Numbered from the stretch's first letter, positions 17,709-28,685 are shown. The stretch: DNA of 64,000 nt from an uncultured Haloferacaceae archaeon (GCA_964512675.1 CAZEJR010000009.1:5955-69954); one strand, 5' to 3'. A program made the numbers and translations. Notes: generated from the sequence alone by a model not told the origin.

Positions 17709-19529
17709 TCAGTCGTCGCCCGGTTCGCCGCCGTCGGTGGCGACCGTTCCGGTGCCCCGGACCCTCCGGACGTTCGAGACGCCCATGTACGCCAGGCCGA
17801 GACCGAGGCCGACCAGCACGAGGCCGAGGACGATCTGGAGCGCGGTCGACGCCTGCGCGACGAGGGTCGGACCGGCCTCACCCCAGTTGCCCAGGACGAA
17901 CTTCTGGTAGAGGTTCTGGTAGAGCGCGAGGTAGAGCAGCGCCGACGTCGTGATGGCGAGCATGAACGCCATCGGCGCGCCGGTCGAGAGGAGCTGCTTG
18001 TTGTCGTCCCAGTTGGCGATCCAGACGGTCGCGACCAGGAGCGCCAGCGCCGCGAGCGTCTGGTTCGCGCCGCCGAACAGCGGCCAGAGGTCGGCCCACC
18101 GGCCGGAGGCGACGAGGACGTACGCCGGGATCACCTGGATCGAGGCGTTGACGTAGCGGTTCGTCACCGTAGACTGGACGCTCGTCTCGGGCGTGCCGAC
18201 GATCTCCTCCAGCATGTACCGGCCCAGCCGGACCGCGGTGTCGGTGCTGGTGAGCAGGAAGCTCACGAGCACGAGCCCCATGAACGGCGCGGCGAGCGAC
18301 TCGGGGATCCCGAAGCCGAGGTTGAGGATGATCCCGCCGCCGGTCGCGAAGTTCGGGAGCGCGAGCCCGATCCCGCCGCTTGCGGGCGTCGCGCTGTACA
18401 CCGCGACGGTGACGAGCGCGACGGTGGCGAGCAGCCCCTCGCCGAGCATCCCGCCGTAGCCGATGGTTCGGGCGTCTGTCTCCTTGTCGAGCTGTTTCGC
18501 GGTCGTCCCCGAGGAGACCAGCGAGTGGAACCCACTGATCGTCCCGCAGGCGATCGTGACGAACAGGAGCGGGAACAGCGGGAGCGAGTTGTTGACGATG
18601 TCGCCGCCCATGAACCCCTTGAACGCGGGGAGACCAACCTCGAGCTGGGTCGCGGCGCCGGTGAACGTGCCGACGACGACGGCGAGGAGCGTCCCGCCGA
18701 CGCCGGCGTACAGGAGGCTGGAGGTGAGGAAATCACGCGGCTGGAGCAGCACCCAGACGGGGAGGACGCTCGCGACGAGACCGTACACCAGCACGACCGG
18801 GATCCACGTCGCGATGTTGACGCTGCCAAGCACGGGGGGGAGCGGCGACCCCGAGAGCAGGACGATGGTGCCGGCAGGGTAGTCGCCGGGGACCAGCGCG
18901 ATTGGGAACTGGACGCCGACCCAGACGCCGGCGAACACCATCGCCACGAAGGCGAGGACACCGGGCAGGAAGGGGAGGTCGAACTGGTACATGTAGACGC
19001 CGAACGTCAGCGCGAGGGCGATGTAGACCAGACTCGCCGTCGCGGACTGCGGGTAGGCGTCGAACACCAGCGCGATCACCAGCCCGAAGACGGCGATGAC
19101 GAGGATGATAGTCAGGAACGCGAACCAGAGGATCATATCCTTGCCGCGCTCGCCGACGTACTCGCCGATGATGTAGCCGATCGACTTGCCGTCGTGGCGC
19201 ACCGACGACGACAGCGACATGAAGTCGTGGACCGACCCGAACAGCGGGTTGCCGATCGCGATCCACAGGAACGCCGGCACCCAGCCCCAGACCACACCGG
19301 CGGTGATGGGGCCGACGATCGGCGCACCGCCCGCGATACTGGAGTAGTGATGCCCCAGTAAAACCGGCTTCTTCGACGGGACGTACTCCTGTCCGTCGTT
19401 GTACTTGTGCGCCGGCGTCTCTCGGTCGTCGTCGAGTTCGACGAATCTGGACAGATAGCGTGAGTAGCCCAGATACCCGACGCTGAACGTTACGAGGGTC
19501 GCTACGACGAGGACGATTGCCTGAACCAT
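17709..19529 (-). CDS. cstA: carbon starvation protein A (CstA family peptide/pyruvate transporter)
   Basis: 606 aa, polytopic: [23 protein letters not shown]...[10 protein letters not shown]...GSVHDF. These are typical CstA N-terminal motifs. Confidence 0.95.
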   Translation of the reverse strand: MVQAIVLVVATLVTFSVGYLGYSRYLSRFVELDDDRETPAHKYNDGQEYVPSKKPVLLGHHYSSIAGGAPIVGPITAGVVWGWVPAFLWIAIGNPLFGSVHDFMSLSSSVRHDGKSIGYIIGEYVGERGKDMILWFAFLTIILVIAVFGLVIALVFDAYPQSATASLVYIALALTFGVYMYQFDLPFLPGVLAFVAMVFAGVWVGVQFPIALVPGDYPAGTIVLLSGSPLPPVLGSVNIATWIPVVLVYGLVASVLPVWVLLQPRDFLTSSLLYAGVGGTLLAVVVGTFTGAATQLEVGLPAFKGFMGGDIVNNSLPLFPLLFVTIACGTISGFHSLVSSGTTAKQLDKETDARTIGYGGMLGEGLLATVALVTVAVYSATPASGGIGLALPNFATGGGIILNLGFGIPESLAAPFMGLVLVSFLLTSTDTAVRLGRYMLEEIVGTPETSVQSTVTNRYVNASIQVIPAYVLVASGRWADLWPLFGGANQTLAALALLVATVWIANWDDNKQLLSTGAPMAFMLAITTSALLYLALYQNLYQKFVLGNWGEAGPTLVAQASTALQIVLGLVLVGLGLGLAYMGVSNVRRVRGTGTVATDGGEPGDD

Positions 19530-19969
19530 GACTCTACGACGATCGAACTGTCACGCACGATTGTTAATTTTACCACTCGTAGCCGTGGTCAGACCCGGTG
19601 AGCCGGGATCGTACGCCCGAACGACCTCAACAGGCGGTGCGGCGACAGCCAGCACCGTCGTCGGGGACGAACGCCTCGCCTGCCCCGACGACGTGCTCCC
19701 GGTCGGGCGTCTCGGCGTAAGATCGCCGGCGGTCACGTAGAGTCCTCCTGGCTCGGGTAGACGCGGTAGGCGAGCGGGATCACCTCGCCGGGGCGGCCTC
19801 GTGGACGTGGGCCGCGGGGCGCCGGTGACGACAGACGTCGCCGATCGACCGGTCGATCGGCGGGGTCGACGTGGTGGTCGGACAGGGGGTAGCGAAGAGG
19901 CGTCGCGCCTCGGGCTAGCGGGGCCTGGCCCGTGGTGCTTTTCACTCCGCTCCCCGAGTGTGTGGCACG

Positions 19970-20674
19970 ATGGAAGAGAGCGTCTCCGGGTTCTCGCTCA
20001 GGGGGAGCTGGCCGGAGGTCGTCGAGCACGGCGAGCGGATCAGCCAGGCGCTCCGGGCAGCCGACGTCGACCGAGACGACGAGGCGTTCGCCGAGTGGAA
20101 CGAGTGGCGGCCGAAGGCCCACGAGCGCCTCGGCGACGACGTGAGCGAGAAGACCGCAGAGCAGGCGAGCGTCGCCGAGGGCGAGGGCGAACGGGCGGGA
20201 GTCGACCCGGACGAGGACCTCCTGACGGCGGGCGAGAAGCTCTCGGAGACCTACGAGCGCGCCGAGAAGGGCGACGGCGACGCCGCCGTCGAGTCGTGGG
20301 GCGAGTCGATCGGTCACGTCGCCCGGGCCGCCGACTCGGCGGGCCGGAAGGCGCTTCGTGCCGTCGAGAACACCGTCTACCGGCGGGTGATGACACAGAT
20401 CGCGCCGTACTACTTCGACAACGGCCTGGTCAGTGCGAACGTCCAGCGGATCGGCTCGCCGGTCGACCCGACCTACGTCCTCGAGGTGAACGTCAACGAC
20501 GACGACCTGAAAGACGAGGTGCGAGACCACCTCACGGCGTTCGACGAGGAGGTCGACCGCTGGCACGTCGACACCGAGAAGTGCGTCGACGGGGCCGCAG
20601 CCGCCGAGGGCGCCGAGCCGCCGGCGCGAGAGCGCGAGGGCGGCGAGCACCGGGGCCGGTCGACGAGGAACTGA
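19970..20674 (+). CDS. conserved acidic hypothetical protein
   Basis: MEESVSGFSLRGSWPEVVEHGERISQALRAADVDRDDEAFAEWNEWRPKAHERL.... 234 aa, strongly acidic, good codon pattern. Confidence 0.65.
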   Translation: MEESVSGFSLRGSWPEVVEHGERISQALRAADVDRDDEAFAEWNEWRPKAHERLGDDVSEKTAEQASVAEGEGERAGVDPDEDLLTAGEKLSETYERAEKGDGDAAVESWGESIGHVARAADSAGRKALRAVENTVYRRVMTQIAPYYFDNGLVSANVQRIGSPVDPTYVLEVNVNDDDLKDEVRDHLTAFDEEVDRWHVDTEKCVDGAAAAEGAEPPAREREGGEHRGRSTRN

Positions 20675-20759
20675 GCGGGAGGTGACCGGGAGGCGGCGCG
20701 AAGCGCCGGCCCGCGGGACCGAGCGCGGACTTTTGCCCCCAGCCGTCTCAGTGGCACGT

Positions 20760-20999
20760 ATGGCAGAGCCGATGCGTGTCGAGGCCGGCGAGCACAGCGC
20801 CGACGAGCTACTCGCTGCGCTCCGGGACGGGCGCCGCGTCGTCGTCCAGACCCGGATGCTCGGCGGCGACCACGAGGTGACGCTCCGTCACGACGGGTCG
20901 ACGTTCTACTGCGACACGCCGACGACGCTCCACCGTCACGCCGAGGAGACGGCGATGCGCGAGTGTATCGAAGAGATGGGCTACGGACGGCAGGACTGA
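20760..20999 (+). CDS. small conserved hypothetical protein
   Basis: 79 aa from an internal ATG: MAEPMRVEAGEHSADELLAALRDGRRVVVQTRMLGGDHEVTLRHDGSTFYCDTP.... Confidence 0.55.
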   Translation: MAEPMRVEAGEHSADELLAALRDGRRVVVQTRMLGGDHEVTLRHDGSTFYCDTPTTLHRHAEETAMRECIEEMGYGRQD

Positions 21000-21042
21000 G
21001 CGGGCCCCGGACGTTTATCGCCCGGGAGAGCGTGGCTCCGGT

Positions 21043-21435
21043 ATGGCCGAATTCGACGCCGACTCGCCCACGATGGACGACCTCGTCGGGGACCCGGACC
21101 CGAGTTTCGAACACGTCCTCGCCTGCGTGTTCGGCATCCGAGACCACGAGAGTCGGACCTACCTCGCCCTCGCCGACCGACCGGGGAGCACGGTGGCCGA
21201 ACTCGCGGAGGCGCTGGACCGCGACCGGTCAAACGTCAACCGGTCGCTGTCGACGCTGATGGAAAAGGGGCTCGTCGAGCGGCGGCGGCGGCTGCTCGAC
21301 CCCGGCGGCTACGTCTACCAGTACACCGCGACGCCGGTGCCGGAGGCAAAGGCGATGCTCCACGAGGCGCTCGACGAGTGGGTCGAGCGGGTCCACGGCG
21401 TCATCGACGACTTCGGCGCGGACGACGGCGAGTAG
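21043..21435 (+). CDS. winged helix-turn-helix transcriptional regulator (TrmB/MarR-like)
   Basis: 130 aa: ESRTYLALADRPGSTVAELAEALDRDRSNVNRSLSTLMEKGLVERRR is an HTH plus wing. Confidence 0.75.
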   Translation: MAEFDADSPTMDDLVGDPDPSFEHVLACVFGIRDHESRTYLALADRPGSTVAELAEALDRDRSNVNRSLSTLMEKGLVERRRRLLDPGGYVYQYTATPVPEAKAMLHEALDEWVERVHGVIDDFGADDGE

Positions 21436-21473
21436 TCGCGGCTCTTTTACTCCGTCGCGGCGAGAGCTTCCGT

Positions 21474-22733
21474 ATGAGTCTGCGACTCGCCGCGGAGGCC
21501 GAGCGGACCCCGTCTGCCGCCGACGACGGGGTGTGGCTGACCTGCATCGCCTGCGGCGCGCAGTTCGCCCCCTTCGACGACGTCCGGTACACCTGCGACG
21601 ACTGTGACGGCCTCCTGGAGGTGCGGTACGCCGACCACCCGACCTTCGAGGACTTCTCCGGATCGGGGGTGTGGCGCTACGCCGACGCCCTGCCGTTCGA
21701 CGAAGGCGTGAGCCTGCCCGAGGGCGACACGCCGCTCCACGAGGTGCCGCGTATCCGCGACGAGGTCGGGGTCCGGGCGCTCCGGGTCAAACACGAGGGG
21801 ATGAACCCGACCGGGTCGTTCAAAGATCGCGGGATGACCGTCGGGGTGCGGGTGGCCCAGCGGGTCGGCGTCGGTCGGCTCGCGTGTGCGTCGACGGGCA
21901 ACACCTCGGCGGCGCTCGCGGCGTACGGCGCCCGCGGCGGGATGGAGACGCTCGTGCTCCTGCCGGCGGGGAAGGTCGCCGCGGGCAAGGTCGCACAGGC
22001 GGCGCTCCACGGAGCCCGTATCCTCGAGGTGGACGGGAACTTCGACAGCTGTCTCGACCGGGTCCAGGACCTCGCGGCCCGCGGCGAGGTCTACCTGCTG
22101 AACTCGCTCAATCCGTTCCGCCTCGAGGGTCAGAAGACGATCGGCCTCGAGATCCTCGAGGAGTGTTACGCCGACTACGGTGCGTTCCCCGACCGTATCG
22201 TCCTGCCGGTGGGCAACGCCGGCAACACCTCGGCGCTGTTCAAGTCGTTCCGCGAACTCGTCCGGTCGGGCGCGCTCCGGGCCGAACAGGTGCCGAAGCT
22301 GACCGCCGTCCAGGCCGCCGGCGCGTCGCCGATGGTCGAGGCGGTCGAGGAGGGCCACGACCAGATCCGGCGGTGGCGGAACGTCGAGACCCGCGCGACG
22401 GCGATCCGTATCGGCAACCCGGTGAACGCGCCGAAGGCACTCCCGGGCATCCGCGAGACGGGCGGCACCGCAGTCGCCGTCTGTGACGAGGAGATAACCG
22501 CAGCACAGCGCGCGCTCGCCGAGGAGGGAGTCGGCGTCGAGCCGGCCTCGGCCTGTTCGATCGCGGGGCTCCGGCGGCTCCGCCGTCACGGCGTCGTGAG
22601 CGAGGACGAGCGGGTCGTCTGCCTGACCACCGGCCACCTGCTGAAGGACCCGGACGAGGCATACCGTGCCGGCGGCGAACCCGAGGGCGTCCCGAACGAC
22701 ACAGAGGGCATCCTCGCGCACCTCGCCGGGTAG
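21474..22733 (+). CDS. thrC: threonine synthase
   Basis: Internal ATG. N-terminal zinc ribbon (CIACGAQF...YTCDDCDG), PLP lysine context NPTGSFKDRG, ASTGNTSAA, GNAGN. Confidence 0.95.
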   Translation: MSLRLAAEAERTPSAADDGVWLTCIACGAQFAPFDDVRYTCDDCDGLLEVRYADHPTFEDFSGSGVWRYADALPFDEGVSLPEGDTPLHEVPRIRDEVGVRALRVKHEGMNPTGSFKDRGMTVGVRVAQRVGVGRLACASTGNTSAALAAYGARGGMETLVLLPAGKVAAGKVAQAALHGARILEVDGNFDSCLDRVQDLAARGEVYLLNSLNPFRLEGQKTIGLEILEECYADYGAFPDRIVLPVGNAGNTSALFKSFRELVRSGALRAEQVPKLTAVQAAGASPMVEAVEEGHDQIRRWRNVETRATAIRIGNPVNAPKALPGIRETGGTAVAVCDEEITAAQRALAEEGVGVEPASACSIAGLRRLRRHGVVSEDERVVCLTTGHLLKDPDEAYRAGGEPEGVPNDTEGILAHLAG

Positions 22734-22740
22734 GGCCGGG

Positions 22741-24336
22741 CTACTCCCGACCGTTCGGCGCGTCCAGTTCGATCCGCTTTACCTCGAGGATACGCTCGTC
22801 GTCGAGGAGCGTCCGGTGTACCTCGTCCGGGACGGTGTCGTCGAGGTTGTAGACGGTCAGCGCCTCGCCCCCGATCGTCTCGCGCCCGTTGAACATCCCC
22901 GCGATGTTGACCCCGGCGTCGCCGAGGACGGTGCCGACGAAGCCGAGGACGCCCGGCGTGTCGTAGTTCCGCGCGACGAGCATGTGGCCGTAAGGGACGG
23001 CGTCGACGCGGTAGCCGTCGATACGGACGATGCGGGGGTCCCCGCCCGCGAACAGCGTCCCGCAGACGGAGACGGAGCCCTCGCCGTCGCCGACGGTCAC
23101 CGTCACGAGCGACTGGAAGTCCGCCGCCTGCCGGGTCTTCTCCTCGGTCACCTCGACGCCGCGCTCCTCGGCCAGCCGGGGCGCGTTGACGGCGTTTACC
23201 TGCCACTCGAGCGTCGAGAACGCGCCCTTGAGCGCGCTCGCGGTGACGAGGTCGACCTCCTCCTCGGCGATGTCGCCCTCGTACCGCACCCGCACCTCGG
23301 CGGGCCGACCGTCGAAGGTCTGTGCGGCGACCCGACCCGCCGTCTCGGCGAGGTCGACGTACGGACGGACGCGCGGGAAGGCGCTCTCGTCGACGGAGGG
23401 GGCGTTCAGCGCGTTGACGACCGGCTCGTCCGCGAAGGCGGCGGTCACCTGCTCGGCTATCGAGGTGGCGACGTGTTCCTGGGCCGCCGAGGTGGCGGCC
23501 CCGAGGTGTGGCGTCACGACGATGCTCTCGACGTCGAGCAGCGGGCTGTCCGGGTCGACCGGTTCGTCCGCGAACACGTCGACCGCGGCGCCGTCGACGG
23601 GGCCGTCGGCGACGGCAGCGGCGAGCGCCGGCTCGTCGACGACGCCGCCGCGGGCGCAGTTGACGACGAAGCCGCCGCCGAGCGCCTCGAGCTCCTCGGT
23701 GCCGATCAGTCCCTCCGTCTCGGGCGTGAGCGGCGTGTGGACCGTGAGGAAGTCGGCGCGGCTGAGACACGTCCCCAGGTCGACGAGCTCGGCACCGAGG
23801 CGCTCGGCGCGCTCCTCGCCGATATACGGGTCGTACGCGACCAGCTCCATCCCGAGGCCGTCGAGGCGCTTTGCGACCTCCTGTCCGACCCGGCCGAGGC
23901 CGACGATGCCGAGCGTCGCGCCGCCGAGTTCGGTGCCGAGGTAGTCGCCTTTCGCCCACTCGCCGGCTGTCAGCCGGGCGTGGGCCTGGGGGATAGAGCG
24001 GGCGACCGCGAACGCCATCGCGACGGTGTGTTCTGCGGCGGCCCTGACGTTTCCCTCGGGCGCGTTCGCGACGATCACGCCGTGGTCGGTGGCGGCGTCG
24101 ACGTCGATGTTGTCGACGCCGATGCCGGCCCGACCGACGATGACGAGGTCGGGGGCAGCCGCGAGCAGCGCCTCGTCGACGCGCGTCCCCGACCTGACGA
24201 CCATGCCGTGGACGTCGGCGACGGCGTCGTGGAGCGCCGGGCCCTCCAGGTCGTAGCCCGTCTCTACCGTGTGCCCCGCCTCGCGGAGCCGCTCTAGCCC
24301 TGGCTCCGCGATCGGGTCGGTCACGAGGACTCTCAT
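22741..24336 (-). CDS. serA: D-3-phosphoglycerate dehydrogenase with C-terminal ACT domain
   Basis: 531 aa: GRAGIGVDNIDV, NAD site GIVGLGRVGQEVA, TVHTPLT, NCARGG, and an ACT-type C-terminus. Confidence 0.95.
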   Translation of the reverse strand: MRVLVTDPIAEPGLERLREAGHTVETGYDLEGPALHDAVADVHGMVVRSGTRVDEALLAAAPDLVIVGRAGIGVDNIDVDAATDHGVIVANAPEGNVRAAAEHTVAMAFAVARSIPQAHARLTAGEWAKGDYLGTELGGATLGIVGLGRVGQEVAKRLDGLGMELVAYDPYIGEERAERLGAELVDLGTCLSRADFLTVHTPLTPETEGLIGTEELEALGGGFVVNCARGGVVDEPALAAAVADGPVDGAAVDVFADEPVDPDSPLLDVESIVVTPHLGAATSAAQEHVATSIAEQVTAAFADEPVVNALNAPSVDESAFPRVRPYVDLAETAGRVAAQTFDGRPAEVRVRYEGDIAEEEVDLVTASALKGAFSTLEWQVNAVNAPRLAEERGVEVTEEKTRQAADFQSLVTVTVGDGEGSVSVCGTLFAGGDPRIVRIDGYRVDAVPYGHMLVARNYDTPGVLGFVGTVLGDAGVNIAGMFNGRETIGGEALTVYNLDDTVPDEVHRTLLDDERILEVKRIELDAPNGRE

Positions 24337-24413
24337 ACCCGGAGGACCCCCGGACTGTGGTTAACCCTTTCCGTACCGTCGGATTCATCGCGCCCGGTCA
24401 CACACGTGGCGGT

Positions 24414-25067
24414 ATGGCCCCGAGACACGACGGTGTCCTCCGGCTGTCGGCGCTCGTGTCCGGCACCGCCCTGCTCGTCTCGGGGCCGGCGATGTCCGGC
24501 AAGCGCGACCTCCTGATCGACCTGCTGGCCGCCGAGCGTAGCGACGGCGACGAGCGCGCGACGGTCGGAGTGACGACCCGACTGTCGGCGACGGCGTTCG
24601 AGCGGGACTTCGTCGCCGCGGGCGGGACGGCAGCGGAGCTGTCGGTCGTCGACTACGTCTCGCGACAGAGCGGGTTCAGCCGCGTCACAGAGTGCGCCCG
24701 TCGTCGCCACGTCTCCGGCCCCGGCGACCTGACCGGGATCGGGATCGGCGTGAGCGAACTCCTGCGCGGCGCGAAGCGCCGCGACGCGAGGCCGTGGGTC
24801 GGGATGCACTCGCTCTCGACGATGACGATGTACGCGAGCGTCGACCGGGTGTTCCGGGCGCTCCACGTCCTTGCGGGCCAGGTACGGGCGCTCGACGGCG
24901 TCCTCGTCGCCGCCCTCGAGGGGCGTGGCGACGGTCCGGATGAGGCGTTCGGCGCGCTCTCACAGCCGTTCGACGGGAGACTCGACGTTCGGGAGCGCGA
25001 CGACGGTCGTCGCGAGGTTCGGGGGCGAGGCGCGAGCGTCGCACCGCAGTCGTGGACCGCGCTGTGA
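24414..25067 (+). CDS. KaiC/RecA-superfamily-like protein with a degenerate P-loop
   Basis: MAPRHDGVLRLSALVSGTALLVSGPAMSGKRDLLIDLL.... Walker-A-like GPAMSGKR. Size (about 217 aa) and layout match the haloarchaeal COG0467-type paralogs. Start taken at the internal ATG at 24414. Confidence 0.55.
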   Translation: MAPRHDGVLRLSALVSGTALLVSGPAMSGKRDLLIDLLAAERSDGDERATVGVTTRLSATAFERDFVAAGGTAAELSVVDYVSRQSGFSRVTECARRRHVSGPGDLTGIGIGVSELLRGAKRRDARPWVGMHSLSTMTMYASVDRVFRALHVLAGQVRALDGVLVAALEGRGDGPDEAFGALSQPFDGRLDVRERDDGRREVRGRGASVAPQSWTAL

Positions 25068-25158
25068 CCGCGGCACACCGTTCGCCGGCCACGACGCCGG
25101 AGCCGGAGCGCGACCGCGTGCCGGAACGCTTGAGACGCCCGCGCGTCCACCGGCGAGC

Positions 25159-25821
25159 GTGCTGGTCGCGTTCGACTTCGACGGGACGCTCTCGGACTCC
25201 GAGATGATCGACACACTCGGGGACCGGGCCGGCGTCGGGGCGGAGATCGCCGCGGTGACCGAGCGGGCGATGGACGGCGAGATAGCGTACGCCGAGAGCC
25301 TGCGCGAGCGTGCCGCGCTCCTGGAGGGCCTCGACGACGACGAGGCCGCCGCGGCGTTCGCGGCGACCCGGATCCGGCCCGGCGCCGGCGACCTGATCGA
25401 CGACCTCCGGGCCGCGGGCAGCCGCGTCGCGGTCCTCACCGGCGGGTTCGAGCGGGGGGTCGGGGCGGCGCTCGACGCCGCCGGCACCGCCGTCGACGAG
25501 GTGGTCGCGAACCGGCTCCCCGTCGCGGACGGCGCCCTGACCGGCGCCGTCGAGGGACCGCTGGTCGAGGGGACGAAAGACGAGGCGCTCCGGGACCTCG
25601 CCGCGCGCGAGGGGGTCGAACCGGGCGAGACGGTCGCCGTCGGCGACGGCGCGAACGACCTGCCGATGCTCGAGGCCGCCGGGCTGGCGGTCGGCTACGC
25701 GCCGAAGCCGTCGGTCGCGCCGGCGTGTGACGTGGCCGTCGGGTCGGTCCCCGAACTGCGGACCGTCCTCGCCGAGCGGGGCCTACTCGACGGAGAGGGA
25801 GCAGCCGGCGGTGAGGAGTGA
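25159..25821 (+). CDS. serB: phosphoserine phosphatase (HAD superfamily)
   Basis: A GTG start gives VLVAFDFDGTLSDSEMID (DxDGT motif I), VLTGGF, GDGANDLPML (motif III). Confidence 0.85.
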   Translation: MLVAFDFDGTLSDSEMIDTLGDRAGVGAEIAAVTERAMDGEIAYAESLRERAALLEGLDDDEAAAAFAATRIRPGAGDLIDDLRAAGSRVAVLTGGFERGVGAALDAAGTAVDEVVANRLPVADGALTGAVEGPLVEGTKDEALRDLAAREGVEPGETVAVGDGANDLPMLEAAGLAVGYAPKPSVAPACDVAVGSVPELRTVLAERGLLDGEGAAGGEE

Positions 25822-26062
25822 TCCGGTCGTGTGGGCGAGGCCGCGACCCAGGTCGTACCTGCTCGCGGCGGGCGTCGCCGCCGTCGACGTCGTCGACACC
25901 GGCCTCCTCGTCGGCGCGCTCGGCACCGGCCTCCTCGTCGGCGCGCTCGTCCTCGCGGTCCGGCTGCTCGTCTTCGACGCGCCGCTCCGCGACGCCGCGA
26001 CGCTCGCCGCGGGGGCGGCAGCCGGCGCGGCGCTCGTCGGCGGGGCGCTCGCTGCCGCGTAG
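25811..26062 (+). CDS. small membrane protein (hypothetical) containing an in-frame 9-aa tandem duplication
   Basis: The frame of ORF 25727..26062 overlaps the serB end. Possible GTG starts at 25811 or 25829. Hydrophobic sequence ...VDTGLLVGALGTGLLVGALVLAVRLLV.... Confidence 0.4.
   Translation: MRSDPVVWARPRPRSYLLAAGVAAVDVVDTGLLVGALGTGLLVGALVLAVRLLVFDAPLRDAATLAAGAAAGAALVGGALAAA
25896..25949. repeat. 2 x 27-bp perfect-but-one tandem duplication
   Basis: CACCGGCCTCCTCGTCGGCGCGCTCGG (25896-25922) is followed directly by CACCGGCCTCCTCGTCGGCGCGCTCGT (25923-25949). Confidence 0.9.
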
Positions 26063-26104
26063 AGCCGGCGCTCGTCGACTGTCGCCGCCTGGACCACCCG
26101 GTGC

Positions 26105-27343
26105 TCAGGGGCGGTACCGCGGTCCGAGTCGCTCAAGCCGTCCCGCCGCCGGTCGGCGGCGTGGCCTGTCCTCGTCCCCGTCCGCGGTGTCGGTCACCGC
26201 GCGACCGGCGACGCCGTCGGCGAGGAAGTCCCGGAGCGGCGGCCCCACCTTCCCCGGTTCGACGAGGAAGGCGTCGTGGCCGTGGTCGCTCGACGCGACG
26301 TGGTGGGCGGTCGGCACCCCGGCGTCGCGGGCCGCTGCCGCGACGGCCTCTGACTCCTCGACGGTGAAGTGCCAGTCGCCGGTGAACGACACGAGGAGGA
26401 GTTCGCCCTCGAACGCCGCCAGCGCCTCCGCGTCGCTCCCGTACCCGGCGGCGAGGTCGTAGTCGTCCATCGCGCGGGTGAGATAGAGGTAGGCGTTCGC
26501 GTCGAACCGGTCGACGAACCGCCCTGCCTGGTAGTCGAGGTACGACTCCACCTCGCGGTACGGAAAGTACGACGCCGCGCGGTCTGCCGGAAACGACATC
26601 TGTGCGTCCCGGCCGGCGGCACGACGTCCGAACTTCCGCTCCATCGAGTCCTTCGAGAGGTACATCACGTGGCCGATCTGCCGGGCGACAGAGAGGCCGT
26701 CCGTCGGCCGGTCGGCGCCGTAGTAGTCCCCGCCGCGCCAGTCCGGGTCGGTCGTGATAGCCCGGCGCGCAACCGCGTCGAGGGCGAGACACTGCGGGTC
26801 GAGGCGGGCCGCCGCCGCGACGGGGATCACCCGGCGCACGTCGTCGGGGCGGGCGACCGCCCAGTCGAGGGCGTTCATCCCGCCGACACTCCCGCCGACG
26901 ACGGCGTGGAGGCGACCGACGCCGAGTTCGTCGAGGAGGCGCCGCTGTGCGCGGGTCCAGTCGCGTACCGTCACCGGCGGGAAGTCGGTGCCGTACGGCT
27001 CGCCGGTCTCGGGGTTCGTCGCCGGCGGTCCCGAGGACCCGTAGCAGGAGCCGGGGGCGTTGACACAGACGACGTAGTAGTCGCCGGTGTCGAGGGCCTT
27101 CCCCGGTCCGACGACGTCCCCCCACCACGCGCGGGCCTGTCCGGCCTGTCCCTCGCCGGAGTCGCCGAGCGGCGCGACGTTCTGACTCCCCGTGAGCGCG
27201 TGACAGACGAGGACGGCGTTGTCGCCCGTGAACTCGCCGTACGCCTCGTAGGCCAGGCGGAGGTCGGAGATCGACTCGCCACAGGCGAACTCGAAGGAAC
27301 CGACGGAGCGGACGTCGCGGTCGACGGTCGTCACCGGGACCAC
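26105..27343 (-). CDS. metX: homoserine O-acetyltransferase
   Basis: [12 protein letters not shown]..., nucleophile elbow [12 protein letters not shown], ...[10 protein letters not shown], an alpha/beta hydrolase of MetX type. GTG start at 27343 chosen just downstream of the metY stop. The longer N-terminus is junk. Confidence 0.9.
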   Translation of the reverse strand: MVPVTTVDRDVRSVGSFEFACGESISDLRLAYEAYGEFTGDNAVLVCHALTGSQNVAPLGDSGEGQAGQARAWWGDVVGPGKALDTGDYYVVCVNAPGSCYGSSGPPATNPETGEPYGTDFPPVTVRDWTRAQRRLLDELGVGRLHAVVGGSVGGMNALDWAVARPDDVRRVIPVAAAARLDPQCLALDAVARRAITTDPDWRGGDYYGADRPTDGLSVARQIGHVMYLSKDSMERKFGRRAAGRDAQMSFPADRAASYFPYREVESYLDYQAGRFVDRFDANAYLYLTRAMDDYDLAAGYGSDAEALAAFEGELLLVSFTGDWHFTVEESEAVAAAARDAGVPTAHHVASSDHGHDAFLVEPGKVGPPLRDFLADGVAGRAVTDTADGDEDRPRRRPAAGRLERLGPRYRP

Positions 27344-27374
27344 CCCTCGCCGCCGAGACGCGGCCGACACATCG

Positions 27375-28652
27375 TCAGAGCGCCTCCGCGAGGTCTGCAC
27401 AGATGTCCGCGGGAGCCTCCAGCCCGACGGAGATCCGGACGAGTTCGGGGTGGACACCCGCCGCGCGCTGGTCGGCCTCGCTCAGCTGCGAGTGGGTCGT
27501 CGAGGCAGGGTGGACGACGAGCGTCCGGGCGTCGCCGACGTTCGCGAGGAACGAGGCGAGTTCGACCGACTCGCACAGCTCCCGGGCAGCGTCGTAGCCG
27601 CCGGTCAGTCCGACGCTCACCATCCCGCCGTAGCCGTCGTCGAGATACGCTGTCGCGGCCTCGTGGGTCTCGTGGCTCTCCAACCCCGGGTAGGCCACCC
27701 ACTCGACCGCGGGGTGGTCGTCGAGGTACTCCGCGACGGCAATCGCGTTCTCCGAGTGGCGTGCCATCCGCAGCGGGAGCGTCTCGACGCCCTGGAGGGT
27801 GGCCCACGCGTCGAACGGCGACTGTCCGGCACCGATCGCCCGGAGCGCCCGGTAGCGGACCGCCGCCGCGAGCGCGCGGTCGCCGAACCGCTCCGCGAAA
27901 CAGAGGTCGTAGGAGGGGCTCTCGCCGCCCACCTCCGGGAACCGGTCCGGGGCGTCTGCCCACGGGAACGAGCCGCCGTCGACGAGGACACCGCCGAGCG
28001 TCGTCCCCGAGCCGTGGAGCCACTTCGTCGTCGACTCCCACACCAGGTCCGCGCCGTGTTCGACCGGTCGACAGAGCGCCGGCGACGCGAACGTGTTGTC
28101 GACGAACAGCGGCGCCCCGGCGTCGTGGGCGACGTCGGCGACCGCCGAGAGCGGCGGGGTCACGAGCGACGGGTTGGCCACCGTCTCGCAGTGGACGTAC
28201 GCCGTCTCGTCGTCGACCGCAGCCGCGTATGCCTCGGGGTCGAGCGTGTCGACGAGCCGCGTCTCGACGCCGCGACGCGACGCCATCGTCGTCAGGTACG
28301 TCGACGTGCCGCCGTAGCCGTCCTCGGCGACGACGACGTTGTCGCCTGCGCTCGCGAGGACGCTCGTCGCCGCGTCGAGCGCGGCCATCCCGGAGGCCGT
28401 ACAGACCGCTCCGGTGCCACCCGACAGCGACGCGAGCCGCCGCTCCAGCCGGCGGACCGTCGGGTTGGTGAACCGGGTGTAGATGGGATCCTCGCTCTCC
28501 AGTCGGAACCGCTCTGCCGCCGCCGCTGCCGTCCCGAACTCGTAGGAGGTAGTCTGGTGGATCGGCGGCGCGCGCGCACCCGTCGACGGGTCCGACTCGC
28601 CGCCGACGTGGAGCGCCCGCGTCGCGAACCGCGCGTGAGGGGCGTCGGTCAT
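27375..28652 (-). CDS. metY: O-acetylhomoserine aminocarboxypropyltransferase (OAH sulfhydrylase), PLP-dependent
   Basis: 425 aa: [38 protein letters not shown] lysine context [22 protein letters not shown]. Confidence 0.95.
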   Translation of the reverse strand: MTDAPHARFATRALHVGGESDPSTGARAPPIHQTTSYEFGTAAAAAERFRLESEDPIYTRFTNPTVRRLERRLASLSGGTGAVCTASGMAALDAATSVLASAGDNVVVAEDGYGGTSTYLTTMASRRGVETRLVDTLDPEAYAAAVDDETAYVHCETVANPSLVTPPLSAVADVAHDAGAPLFVDNTFASPALCRPVEHGADLVWESTTKWLHGSGTTLGGVLVDGGSFPWADAPDRFPEVGGESPSYDLCFAERFGDRALAAAVRYRALRAIGAGQSPFDAWATLQGVETLPLRMARHSENAIAVAEYLDDHPAVEWVAYPGLESHETHEAATAYLDDGYGGMVSVGLTGGYDAARELCESVELASFLANVGDARTLVVHPASTTHSQLSEADQRAAGVHPELVRISVGLEAPADICADLAEAL

Positions 28653-28679
28653 GTACGACGCGCATAGGACTCCGCAGAC

Positions 28680-28685
28680 TTATAA
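28680..28685 (-). promoter_or_regulatory. putative TATA box of the metY-metX operon (leaderless transcript)
   Basis: TTATAA lies in the only AT-rich patch, 28-33 nt upstream of the metY ATG (28652). Confidence 0.4.

Noticed and set aside
19551-19740. Small ORFs in the 440-bp cstA upstream region, including a minus-strand frame ending ...GAGCRRTAC that recalled the YbdD/YjiX (CstA-associated small protein) C-terminus.
   Set aside because: The minus-strand frame has no ATG, GTG or TTG between the upstream stop and its end, and it lies upstream of cstA rather than downstream. The listed ORFs (19528..19740 +, 19551..19736 -) have poor composition. I left the region as intergenic.
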